From positions 1 to 64,000 of the forward strand of contig RBNJ01000002.1 of NCBI GenBank assembly GCA_003990765.1: 64,000 nt of DNA. Direction: 5' to 3'. Positions 28,778 to 40,472 of this stretch are shown here, piece by piece. The notes beneath the pieces are model-generated. The model was given only the letters and a program-made list of their open reading frames with translations, was not told where the DNA came from and made no database searches. Positions within the stretch are counted from its first letter, which is position 1. Each line of letters opens with the position of its first letter. The position numbers and the translations under genes were made by a program. The DNA is from Jimgerdemannia flammicorona (Eukaryota).

Positions 28778-29190
28778 TTTGATGAGCTAAATCTTTTGGA
28801 TCCTTGGATGGTGGGCAGTAGTTCAGGAACTTCCTTGACTATCAGGGTTGACTTGATTTTTTCAAATAGGATCTGGGTGATGCAGAAACCAATAGGGATC
28901 TTGAAGGGTGTCCAACTGTAGTTTCAGATGAGGACAATAATTTCATCTATATAATCCTCATCAATGACTCCTCTTTCTACTGAGAGTCTTTTCAATGCTA
29001 GGCTGCTGTGACAGTATATTCTTCCAACATGTCCTTCAGGGATATGGATGCTGATTCCTGTGTAGACTTGTTTGACTTCTCAGTTGGAGACTATAGCTTC
29101 TTTGGCTGCATACAGGTCATATCCAGCTACTTTCTGACTTCCTTTGGTTGGGGCCTGAGCAGTTTGTTTTAACTTGACAAAGTCTAGTAT
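28778..29190 (-). pseudogene. dut: trimeric-type dUTPase domain between Gag zinc knuckle and protease
   Basis: AGYDLYA, HSSLA, GVIDEDYIDEIIV, ITQILF, QGSKRFSSS, i.e. degenerate dUTPase motifs 1-5. Confidence 0.9.
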
Positions 29191-29199
29191 TCTGGTGAT

Positions 29200-31215
29200 C
29201 AGGTTGTTGAGGTGGTGTAGAGTGGTAACAGTTGCTCATATTGCTATTTGGGGTTTTCGGTTAGGGTAGGCACTGGTCATGTGTCCTATCTTTCAGCAAT
29301 AGAAGCATGCTCCGCTTCTTCAAAGTTCATTCCTTTCGCCTTCAGTAAGTTTCTTGAAGGGACTTGGCTGGGTGGGTTCATGATTTCTGGGTGTCCAAGA
29401 GGTGGATGTGGAGGGAGCTCAAGATGCTTTATGCTTGGGTTCTTCTTTCTTGGTCCAAGTCTTTTCCTTGTTGTTAAATTGCCTTCAGGGCAGAATTGGT
29501 CCAGCTGTTAGGATTCGCTTGATCATGGTCTTGATTCTTGCCAGACACCATTGTTGGTGATCACAACTAACTGAGCAGCCTTGTTCTCAGATTTTTCTAG
29601 TAAGCCATTCAGGCAGGGCATCAAATAAATGGTCTGCTCTTGTACCATTTCGTGCTTCATCATTGGTAATGTATCCTAGGCCAACAGTGTTCAGGAGTGA
29701 CTCGAGTTTTGTACAGAAGGTTTCAAATTCTTTCTTGCCATATACATCAAATTTGAGGTTGTGGAGTTTTACTCAAGATTTGGTAATCATGGTTTTGCTG
29801 CAGTATTGAGCAATCATAAGTTTTTTGAGTCCAGGGGCTGCAGGATGGGCTCCATATCCTGGGGCATTGTTTGCTACATTCTGAGCAACTACTGCAGGTT
29901 GGGTATCCCATGTGAGGGCTTTTTCAGAAAGAGTTCACCACCATTCTTCGGCAGATCCTCGGAAGAATGTAACAACTCAGTGGACATAGGCTGTAGTGGT
30001 GGCAAAGAGTTGTTCCAGTGTGTGGTCTTGATTGTTTGTCAGAACATGGTTAGCAACTCACTCATTAGTCTATTGATTGGCTTCAAAGTTGGTGTCAACT
30101 ATACTAATGAAGCTTTGGACTTCTTGTGCAGTACCATTAAAGGTAGGTAGGCTCAGATTTTTCATAGGTTGGGTCTGTTCAGCTAAGGCAGTAATGGTTG
30201 CTACCATTATAGCTACTTGGGCTGTGAGATCAAGAATCTGTTGGTTCGCCATATTATTTACTGGAGGCAGTTGGACTGCTGGTAGTAGTGTTACTGGTAC
30301 TACTTGAGGTACTGGTGCAGAGTATAATGGGGTTCTTTGGGTCTGGGTAAGTTGCTAGAGTAGTAGTTGTGGATCTGAAGTAAGGGCTTGATAGATAGCT
30401 GTTTGTTGTTGTGTAGGTGTATTCTGTCCTAATGGGAGTGTGTCTCCTTCAGTAGTGTATCTGGGATTGAATTCAGTAAGATACTTCTCCTCCTCTTCAG
30501 TTTGGTCCCTGTATAATTGGGTTTGCTCGGTGTCGAAGTAGACAGAATCAGTTGTATATCTGATTTCAGAGGGACTTAATTCAAGGTCAAGTTCAGGTTC
30601 AGTGTTGGTTTTGGATTCAGGTAGGGCTGTAGCAGGGCCTGCTTCAGGTTTCAGGGTCAGGTAGTTGATGAAGAGTTTCTCTCACTTCTTCTTTAAGAAT
30701 ATGGTGGGCCTTGCTGTTCTGGAATCGGTAGTATAATGTAGTCTTGGTCCTGGTATGGTGAAAGTCAGTAGAGTTGAGCCACTTGGCTATAGAGGCTTGG
30801 GCTTCCTGAGGAACTAAGGCTAGAAAGACTACTGCTGGTTGTCCTAGATCACTCGGATTTATAGAGCTGACAAAACTCTTGTTGAGAAGAGTAAAGAAGG
30901 CTTCAATAAGACCTTCTTCATCTTGACTTACTGGGTGTAGTGCAAGGAGTTCAGTGAATAGGGTTTCATCTATTTGCTGGTTTAACTGGAGTACTTCTTT
31001 CTTTGAATGAAGTTTATCCCACTTGTTGCAGGTGTGGAGGTCAAATTGTCCTTATACATTAGGTTCAATTCTCTCCAGATTGTCAGATAGTTCAGGATAA
31101 ATTCCAGTTCAGAGGTTGGGCTTTATACCAACTTATAGAAATTCTCAGAAGGGTTTGTAGTGGGGTGAGGAAGCATCTTGAAGTGGAATTGGATTGTAAA
31201 CCACTGCTACCAAGT
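29200..31215 (-). pseudogene. gag: gag of copy D with long N-terminal extension and CCHC zinc knuckle (~29260-29310)
   Basis: LSLPTFNGTAQEVQSFI; FFRGSAEEWW; GACFYC*KIGHMTSAYP; frame continues ~320 codons upstream of MANQQ (30252). Confidence 0.85.
31201..31212 (-). promoter_or_regulatory. primer binding site, compatible with initiator tRNA-Met
   Basis: TGGTAGCAGTGG 3 nt after the LTR; TGGTAGC matches the 3' end of initiator tRNA-Met (host tRNA not available to confirm). Confidence 0.7.
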
Positions 31216-33262
31216 TATAAGAGGGTTGCTTTTTAAGATAACTATTACATAGTTTTGGAAAGGTTTTCTGGAAGTTCTGGATATTCTGGAAGACTGTTTT
31301 CTTATGGTCAAGATCAATTTCATATGGAGTATATCCTCTATGCTTATTGATTTCAAGATCAAGTTGATGTCTCAACCAAAGTCCCTTTTTGGACTAGTTC
31401 TGGATGTTCAGGATTTTCTGTATTTCAGGAAGTTCAAGAAACTAAGACCAGCTTAGTTGAATTGGTGTATTGCTGTAGACAATACCCAATTAGGAATTTT
31501 CATGAGGGGGTTAGAAGTAGGATTTACTTAAGGGTGGTTTGCAGGTTATTTGAATGGGTTTATTCACTATTCATGATATTGCTATACTAGGAGTAGTTGT
31601 GTGAAGGGATATTGTGGGGAAGTGTTCAGAAATGTTCTTGTGTGTTCGAGACTGAGATTCTGAGGTCTGGGGGAGGGGGTATTTATACTAGTGAGGGGCT
31701 ATCTGGACTATGCTGAATATGGATGTAGCACTAAGTGCCTTGCTGAGTCGGAATGCAGTTACATAGTACAAGTGTGATCTGACATATCAAGAGATTGTCT
31801 GACTGCTGAGTCAGTTCACAGTCACATCATACAAGGCTAATCTAACTATACTATGACTGCTAGGCTATTTATGGATTTAGGCACTATCTGGGTAGTTCTC
31901 GATGACATCACCATTGATTGCATCATCTCTGATGAAGTAGTTATCCAGAAAAAGTGGTTCACAGATTACTTCTCCTTGTTCACTGAGGTAATAATATATT
32001 GGAACTTTGTCTCTGTCCTACAAGATGGTCTCATCTGTCTCATATGCTGGATAAGGTATTGGTGGGCAAAGGAGGGGTGCATCATTTTCACTTTCATCAG
32101 ATTCGCTGTCTGCATATCTTCTGTAGGTTACAGCACTATGAGTCACAAGGTTGTAGTAGGCTGGTGGCTATGGTTCATGTCACTCATACTCAGGTGGTGA
32201 AGTGGTTGGTTCAATCTTGAGGGTTGTCTGGAGGTACAGGTTGTGTTCTCTGGTCTCTTCATTATAGTTGAAGTAATCAGGGGTGAATGCAGGTTGGTAT
32301 TTGTACCAGTGGTCATTGTCCCAATAAGTCTCATATGCTGTTATGAATTGTTATAAGTTCATTAGCAAGGTTGGCAGTATGATCAGGGTTGGCAGAGATC
32401 CTTGGCTAGAGGTCATATCAGTATTGGAGGGATCATTGTCTTCTGCTTCATTTTTATCGAAGTGGATTATATTGTAGATGTCCTTTATGGTGTATCCAAC
32501 TTGGGGCATTTGCAGGATATGATCATTGGGGTATGGAAAGGTTCTGTCTGTAGTTTCAATGTACTCAAGATATTTGTAGTTAAGTTCTTGTATCATATCA
32601 TCAATTTGGCCATAGGACAGGGTAGCAACCATTTTGCTAGTAGTAACTCAGAGGCAGGGAATAATGGTACTGTACTCGTAGAAGAGTTCTCGATGTTTGT
32701 GGGCGATGAGCTTCTGGTGTTGAGACATCTGGGTAATGTCTGTATCATGGTGGTGTTCAACCATATCTTCCAGGAGGCAGCTGATCTGGTAATAGCTTGA
32801 GATTTGTCTGATTTAGTGGGCCTTGCTAAGCATGTTCAGAGCATTCCATTGGACTTCCACGAAGTAGAGGGGTGCTAAGCTATGGATATTCATGAGGGGC
32901 AGGGGGGGTGTGGCTCGGTTGACAATGGCATTCCAAATGTCAGTGCAGATACGGGTATAGATCTCAGTGGTCATGTTTGTATGTTTAGAAGTTGTAGTTG
33001 TTGTTTGTTTTGGTTTTCTGATTCGATACATTTCGGTGCTCAGTATATATGCATTTGATCCTGATTGGTAAGATTCCATTTGTGTAAATCTTGTGTTCTG
33101 TGACTTCATATTGACTCAGCTTTGTGCACTGTGACTTCAGTTTGACTCAGCTTTGTGATCAAGCAGGTGATTTCCAGATTTGTTCAGAGGTTGCATGTGA
33201 TTTCAGTGGCTTGTTCAGAGGGTGACATGTAATTTCAGTGGCTTGGAGATTGTGCACTTATA
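31216..33262 (-). repeat. 5' LTR of copy D (2047 bp)
   Basis: Direct repeat of 22863-24904; both termini mutated TG>TA/CA>TA; TATA-like box near 31680. Confidence 0.95.
31877..32974 (-). pseudogene. U3-encoded accessory ORF, 366 codons in one frame (extendable to 33109), few internal stops
   Basis: ORF-track pieces 32813-33109 and 32351-32632 share a frame that runs on to DYPDSA*; several stops are sense codons in other LTR copies. Confidence 0.75.
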
Positions 33263-34780
33263 CCTTTACTGATAATATAGTAGTTGGGTTAGGGTTAGTA
33301 GAGAATGTGATAGTACTGTGAGATATAGTAGAGTAATATGAGAGGTACTCAGATACTAAGCTCAACTGGCATAAGTGTGAGACTTTGGTATTGAGAGGAG
33401 GAATAATAGGTGGGGATGTGATTAGAATAATTATCTCTACAAGAGAGACTATTCATTATCTGAAGATCTACTTCTCAGTATAAAGCTCCTTGTTACCTTA
33501 CAGATAGTGGAAGCAGTAGTTAGCAGAGTGGAGAAGTACTCTCTTGAGGTGGGGTGGTCATTATACATATATCTCTGACAGAAAGGGTGATAGTGCTAAT
33601 GTATACTAGTTATCTAAGCAATGATACCTGAGATATCATTTAGACTTTCTGGCATAAGTGGTCAAGAGATTATTAAAGATAGATAGGACCTGGATATGAG
33701 CAGGATGATAGAGTCAGATTAGCTAGGAAGTGTTGACCTTACTAGTAGACTAAGGAGAACTGGGTCTGGTAGATTATTTCAAGTACCTTCATTACTTATA
33801 GATATGATGGCTAAAGTGAGCTAGTGAGTTAAGGGACAGTAAATGAGTTCCCCTTATACAGAGAGTATGGGAGGCCTGGTTCTTCTTCTATGGTACAACT
33901 GGGGACCTACTATCTCTAGTAGCTTTGGAGAAGAGTCAGAGGATGTACTTTTGAGAATTCTGGTGAAGGGTGGTTGATGGGGCTCATTATATTGGTCTCT
34001 AATATTGGGGTGATAAGGGAGAGAAGAAATGGGGACCTCAAATATAGAGGTGAGACCACCTTCTGCTAGGTGGGGCACCAGTGGAGGACTTTAGCTTAGA
34101 GGATAGTATGGAGTATCTGCAGGAGCATAGTATGGCCTGAGGTATAGCAGGGGGTAGGGATTGGAGAAAAGTAGGATTGGAATGGTATTTGATTGTAGAG
34201 CAAGTGGGTAGTGAGATGGATTCCTCCCAAGCTCTGGGTAGTATAATGGAGACTTCTTTAATATAATGTAATATTGAACTACCAGTTGGATTATTTGGTA
34301 GAAAGAGATACATATCTGGGAGTATAAGGAGTACCTGAATGTTAGGCAGGAGGAGAGAGTGGTATAGATATCTGAACATTGGCTAAGAGAGTGTAAGATG
34401 ATGAGAGTCTTTTGAAGCATAATTGAGGTGTGGCTGAAAATGTATCTATCTGAGCTAATAATGGGAGGGAGGTAGAGTGATCTCCAGAGAAGATTGGTAG
34501 AGGGAGGGTGAAGGATGAGTGACTGATACTGAGATGAGTGCTAGCTATTTGGATTGGACTTGCTAGATATTGGTTGTATGTATTTGAGAAAGGTTGGCAG
34601 TTGATACTAGGAGTAAGGATTACTAGATAGAAGTAGTTGATATTGGACTTATTAAATAAGTGGTAGAGGGGGTGGGGTACTAGTCAGAGATATCAGTGGT
34701 AATTAGTAGAAATAATTTGTAGAAAAAGTGGAAAGAGGATCAGGGTAGTAAGGGGGATAGCAGTATTTTGGAGAAATAGT
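33263..34780 (+). pseudogene. LINE-A ORF2 3' part
   Basis: xDxIVVGL, KLNWHKCE, YLKIYF, C-terminal C..C....EHWLREC, then 3' UTR and poly(A). Confidence 0.8.
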
Positions 34781-34860
34781 ATGAGAAGAGTTATATTTAT
34801 ATTAATATAATATAAATAGTTTGATAATAAAGTAGAAGTCCTTGAGACTATAAAAAAAAA

Positions 34861-36385
34861 ATCAGACATCTCAAACTAAACTTTATAAGTATCTTTTATC
34901 TTAATGTCTTTATCAATTCTCTACTCAGGAGCTATGATTCTCACTTCACTCACCTCCTTCTCCTTCCATACTTCAAGCATACTATCATCATAAAGCCTCT
35001 GATCACTCATTTCTCTACTCACTCCTATACTCTTCACCAGCCTCTCCATATTACTAGCAGCCTAGGTACTCTTTAATACTCTCTCTAAACTCTTCTCTGA
35101 TCCAGTCACTAGTAACATCTTTATTCCAGCCAGTAAGTCTCTCTGCCTCTTTCTCTTTGGAGTCTTCTCCTATAGTATCTTATTTATTTAAATATATTTT
35201 TTATCTACTATCTCTAAGTAGGTTGAAGCTATATATTTCCTCTATACTACTGCTCAATGTTCTATTATCTTACTTAAGTTCTCCAGTACCTCTAGTAGGT
35301 CCTCTTTCTCCTTCTTACTCTCCTCACTCTCCTTTATCCTTATTATCTTACAAATGAAAGTATCTCACATCATTACTGAGGACTAGTTCTAGGCCTTTCC
35401 AGTAGCATTTCTCTTAGCCAATTTGAGTCTAATATTGATATCTTCAATTTGGAAAGAGGTCTTCTTCCAGACCCAGAATCTAATATCTATAATATCACCA
35501 TATTCTATCATAATCTCTGCTATCCTCTGTCTCATCTCTATAGTTATTACTATGAGCACTCCTTTTACCAGAAACTAAACCACCCCGAGGTTTCACCTCA
35601 AGTAGTATGCTATTGGCATCACTATCTCTCTAACAGTCTTTAATATTTCCTTCAGTGGCCCTGTCTTCTCAAAGCTTACCTCAATTCTCTCCAGCTCCTG
35701 TAAGAACTTTACTGAAGTTGCTTCAGCCATCTACTTTAAGATTAGTCTCAGAATCTTCTTTGTAGTTACTGCTAGTCTTCAGAAGTACAATATGATAGCA
35801 AATTCTGAGATTGACTTCTTGAGTAATAGTGCCACTATTAGGCCCATCATACTATCCACCAGATCTCTTTATCTTTTTTAATCTGTCTGCCCAGTCCTAC
35901 TATTAGCTATTACATCTGAATTTTTTTCCAGATCTTCAGTTACATCACTATTAGTAATTACTTTCTCTTCTCTAGTCATGGTCCCTTTAGCCTCTATACT
36001 TACTCTCCTAGACAGAGGACTCTCAGTCCTCTCCTGACTTAGTCTGTCTCTATCATTAGCCCCACTAGCTCTAGTATCTACCAGCCAGCCTCTCTCCTTT
36101 ATCTTATCAGTAAAGCTCATAGGTCTCTGCTTACTTCCACTTCTGCTAGATACTAGTCATTCTCCAGACCCCCCCCTAACTATTCACTCTGCCAAAAGAG
36201 CTCATCTTTAGGCTATATCATCTTCTAATATGCTGCTACTCAAAGGCTTCAGATCTGCCTAACTCAGTACACTCATCAGAACTCTTACTAGTTGATACAT
36301 TTCTATCATCTTTTTTCCAAAAACTATGTTGAAAGTATTGCTAAAAGTTTATATCACTTGAATTGTATCAGAGAAAGATATCTGA
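34861..36385 (-). mobile_element. LINE-B 5' segment (5' UTR and ORF1 start)
   Basis: MSFTDKIKERGW at 36120; UTR similar to LINE-A 18730-18900; ends in the LINE-A TSD. Confidence 0.8.
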
Positions 36386-38039
36386 CTGACAAAATATAAC
36401 TCTATATCTATATTACTATTAAGAAAGACTGTCTTTATATCTATTTGATAAATTTTTAGATTATATAATATATTGAATATTAGAGAAAATATCTTATTAT
36501 AGTCAATACCAAAATCTTATAAATAATTCTTATTAATAAAATATACTTTGAATTATTTTATACTTCTATTACTCTTATATTTAATCTTATAGATCTAATA
36601 AGATTCAATAGTCCGTTGATTGGCCAGAAGAAGTACCAGATCTTATATATCATTCTTGATAAGTAAATTATACTCTTTATCTATAGCTTATTTCTATTTC
36701 TTATTATCAGAAGAGGTTGTCACTTATCATATATACTTGACTTATTAAAAGTTATAATAAATACACATTTATATACTTCAGCATAGCTCATATAATCCTT
36801 ATATTACTATTAAAAACTTGCTGATATATCTCAATAACTTTTTAATTTAGAATATATCTCTTTTTTTTTTTATAGTTACTTAGACTTTGATATTTATTAT
36901 TAAACCCTTCTATAATACAGTAGCCCCACCTCTAACCAATCTCTCTTAAGAGATTACTCTCTACTCCTTTATGATTAAAGACTACTAGACAATCTCTTTA
37001 GTAACTTGTTTTGTGATCTTATATGTGGTTTCTAAATTAGTTCTAAGAGTAACATGTGATTTTGGTAGCTTGGAGATTATATACTTATAACTCTCTCCTT
37101 CTTAGCTTTTGACATCCTTATTGAGATCTTCTAATTTGATCTAGTGTTGTTATACTATTTGGATGGTTCTTGTGGCTATATTTGTTGAGAATTTGTTCAA
37201 CTTTTTATTCTTTCTGATTATTAATAATAACAGATATAGGTGGTTTTGCAGTTTGGTTCATGGAATTTCTAGAGTAAGGGTCTGATACAGCTGTCAACTT
37301 TGGAAAAGCCTTCTTCAAGATTTTCAGATTCTTCTTTGGATGGGTGAATGGAGATAGCAAAGAGAGGGTATTTCTTGGTCAGTTTCTTAAGTTGTAGCTT
37401 ATTGATATAGGTAATATTTGTTCCAGAGTTGCTAGAACTGAGTGGGTCTTTTTTATCTTATAGTTTAAAATTGTAGCATCTCTTTTTGATAGTCAGGAAA
37501 TGGTTTACCTAATTGATCATAGGGTTCTCTTATTTTAACCATGGGGTCCCAAGGATGATTTCATTATTAGAAAGTAGTATGATCTAGAGAGTAACATATA
37601 CTTGATAGTCACTAATTCAGAAGGGTAGGTTGTAGATTTCCTTACTAATGATATGAAAGATTCCATTAGCTATAATAACTACTTGAGTCTATTATATCAA
37701 AGAGATCAGGACCTTGAGTCTGTTGGCTATTTCTTTATTGATGAAGTTGCCTGAGGCACTACTGTCTATCATAATCTTGACAGGTGCTCAGTTGACAAAA
37801 GCTTAAAGTGTAAGCAGTTTATCTAATTAAATAGTAGTAATTTTAGTTATAGGAGTTTTTCTTCTATTGGTTCTTCTTTGGACCAGTTCATTGATACAAG
37901 AGAAGCAATTATCAATCATTTAAGAAGAGTACATTCCAACACTATGGGGGTATTGGCCACTTGGTATAAATCCATCTTTAATTTTCTTATAGAATTATTC
38001 TTTCTTACTTATGATAGGTTAGACTGGGACCTTGTTTGA

Positions 38040-38450
38040 TGAGCCAAATTCTCTGAATCCTCAGATAGTAGGCAGTAGTTCAGGGACTTCCTTGACTGTC
38101 AGAGTTGATTCAATTTTCTCAAATAGGATCTAGATAATACAAAAACCAATAGGGATCTTAAATGGTATCCAACTATAGTTTCAGATAAGGACAATGATTT
38201 TGCCTATATAATCTTCATCAATGATTTCTCCTTCTATTGAGAGTCCTTTCAATGCTAGGCTACTGTGACAGCATATTCTTCTAATATATCCTTTAGGAAT
38301 TTGAATACTAATTTCTATATAGACTTGCTTAACTTCTTGATTGGAAACTGTAACTTCTTTGGCTATATAGAGATCATATCTAGCCACTTTTTGACTTTCT
38401 TTAGTTGGGGCCTTAGCAGTTGGCCTTAACTTAACAAAGTCTAGTATTTT
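38040..38450 (-). pseudogene. dut: dUTPase domain of copy E
   Basis: ARYDLYIAKE..CHSSLALKGLSIEGEIIDEDYIGKIIVLI. Confidence 0.85.
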
Positions 38451-40472
38451 GGTAGTCAGATTATTGAGGTGATACAGAGTGGTAATAGTTGCTCATATTG
38501 CTGTTTGGGGTTTTCAGTTAGAGTAGGCACTGGCCATATATCCTGTCTTTTGGCAATAGAAGTATGCTCCACTTCTTTGAAGTTCATTTCTTTCTTCTTC
38601 TGTGAGTTTCTTGAAGGTACTTAGCTGGATAGATTCAGGATTTCAGGGTATCTAAGAGGTGAATATAGAGGGAGCTCAGAATGCTTCATGCTTGAGTTTC
38701 TCTTTCTTAGTCCAAGTCTTTTCCTTATTGTTAAATTGTCTTTAAGGCAGAATTGGTCCAGCCATTAGGATTTGCTTGACTATAGTCTTGATTCTTAATA
38801 GGTACCATTGTTGGTAATCACAATTAACTAAGTATCCTTATTCTCAAATTTTTCTTATAAGCCATTCAGATAGTATATTGAATAAATAGTCTGCTCTTAT
38901 ACTATTTTGTGCTTCATTATTGGCAATATATCTTAGGCCAACAGTGTTCAGAAGTGACTCAAGTTTTATATAGAAGGTTTCAAATTCCTCTTTACTATAT
39001 ATATCAAATTTGAGGTTGCAGAGTTTTACTTAAGATTCAGCAATCAGAGTTTCACTATAGTATTGAGTAATTATAAGTTGTTTGAGTCCAGGGGCTGTAG
39101 GATGGGCTCTATATTCTGAGGTATTATTTGCTATATTTTGGGCAACTACTGCAGATTGGGTGTTCTATATGAGGGGTTTCTCAGAAAGAGTTTATCACTA
39201 TTCTTTGGCAGGTTCTCAGAAGAATGTAATAACTCAGCAGATATAGGCTATAGTGGTAGCAAAGAGTTGTTCCAGAGTGTGGTCTTGATTATTTATCAGA
39301 AGGTGGTCAGCAACTTACTCATTAGTCCATTGATTAGCTTTAAAGTTAGTATCAACTATACTAATAAAGCTTTGGACTTTCTGTATAGTACTATTGAAGA
39401 TAGGTAGGCTCAGACTTTTTGTTGGTCAGGCTTGTTCAGCTAGGGCAGTAATGGTTGCTGCCATTATGGTTACCTGGGCTGTAAGGTCTAGAATCTGTTG
39501 GTTTGCCATATTATTCACTAGAGATAGTTGGACTACTGGTAGTAGTATTACTGATATGACTTGAGGTACTGGTGCAGAGTGTGATGGTATTCTTTGAGTC
39601 TATATAAGTTGCTAGAGTAATAGTTATGGGTCTGGAGTAAGGGCTCAATAGATAGCTGTCTGTTGCTGTATAGGTATATTTTGTTCTAATAGAGGTATGT
39701 CTCCTTTGGTGATATCTCTGAAATTGAATTCACTGAGATACTCCTCCTTCTCTTGGCTTTGGTCTCTGTGTAGTTGGGTTTGCTCAGCATCAAAGTAGAT
39801 AGAATTAGTTATATATTCAATTTCAGATAGACTTAATTCAAAATCTGGTTCAGGTTCAGTATTGATCTCAGTTTCAGATAAGATTATAGCTAGATCTACT
39901 TCTAGTTCAGGGTCAGGTTATTGATAAAGAGTTTCTCTTACTTTTTCTTTAAGAATATGGTGGGCCTTGCAATTCTGAAAGCAGTAGTATAAGGTGGTCT
40001 TGGTCCTGGTATAGTGAAAGTCAGTAGAGTTAAACTACTTAGCTATGGAGACTTGAGCTTTATGAGAAACTAAGGCTAGAAAGATAGCTACTAATTATTC
40101 TAGATCACTCAGATTTGTAGAGCTGACAAAACTCTTATTAAGAAGAGTAAAGAAGGCTTCTATAAGACCTTCTTCATCTTGACTTGCAGAGTATAGAGTA
40201 AGGAGTTCAGTATATAGAGTTTTACCTATCTATTGATTTAATTAAAGTACTTCTTTTTATAGATAAAGTTTGTCCCACTTATTGTAGGTGTAAAGGTCAA
40301 ATTATTCTTATACATCAGGTTCAATTCTCTTCAGATTGTCAGATAGTTCAGGATAAATTCCGGTTCAGAGGTTGGGCTTTATACCAACTTGTAGAAATTC
40401 TTATAGAGTTTTATAGTGGAGTGAGGAAGCATCTTGAAGCAGAATTGGATTATAAAACCACTACTACCAAGT

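Larger units (their letters stand above)
22863..33262 (-). mobile_element. Ty3/Gypsy chromodomain LTR retrotransposon, family 1, copy D (full-length, 10.4 kb)
   Basis: LTRs 22863-24904 and 31216-33262; 5-bp TSD TCTTT/CCTTT; PBS; PPT 24905-24918; gag-knuckle-dUTPase-PR-RT-RH-IN-CHD. Confidence 0.97.
18730..34860 (+). mobile_element. full-length L1/Tx1-like LINE-A, interrupted by Gypsy copy D
   Basis: 14-bp TSD ATCAGAYATCTCAA (18716-18729, 34861-34874); poly(A) ending 34860; ORF1, endonuclease, RT (DQEKTYDRV, QEDPLL.ILYILSLEPL, F-T/A-D-N/D) and C-terminal Cys/His region. Confidence 0.9.
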
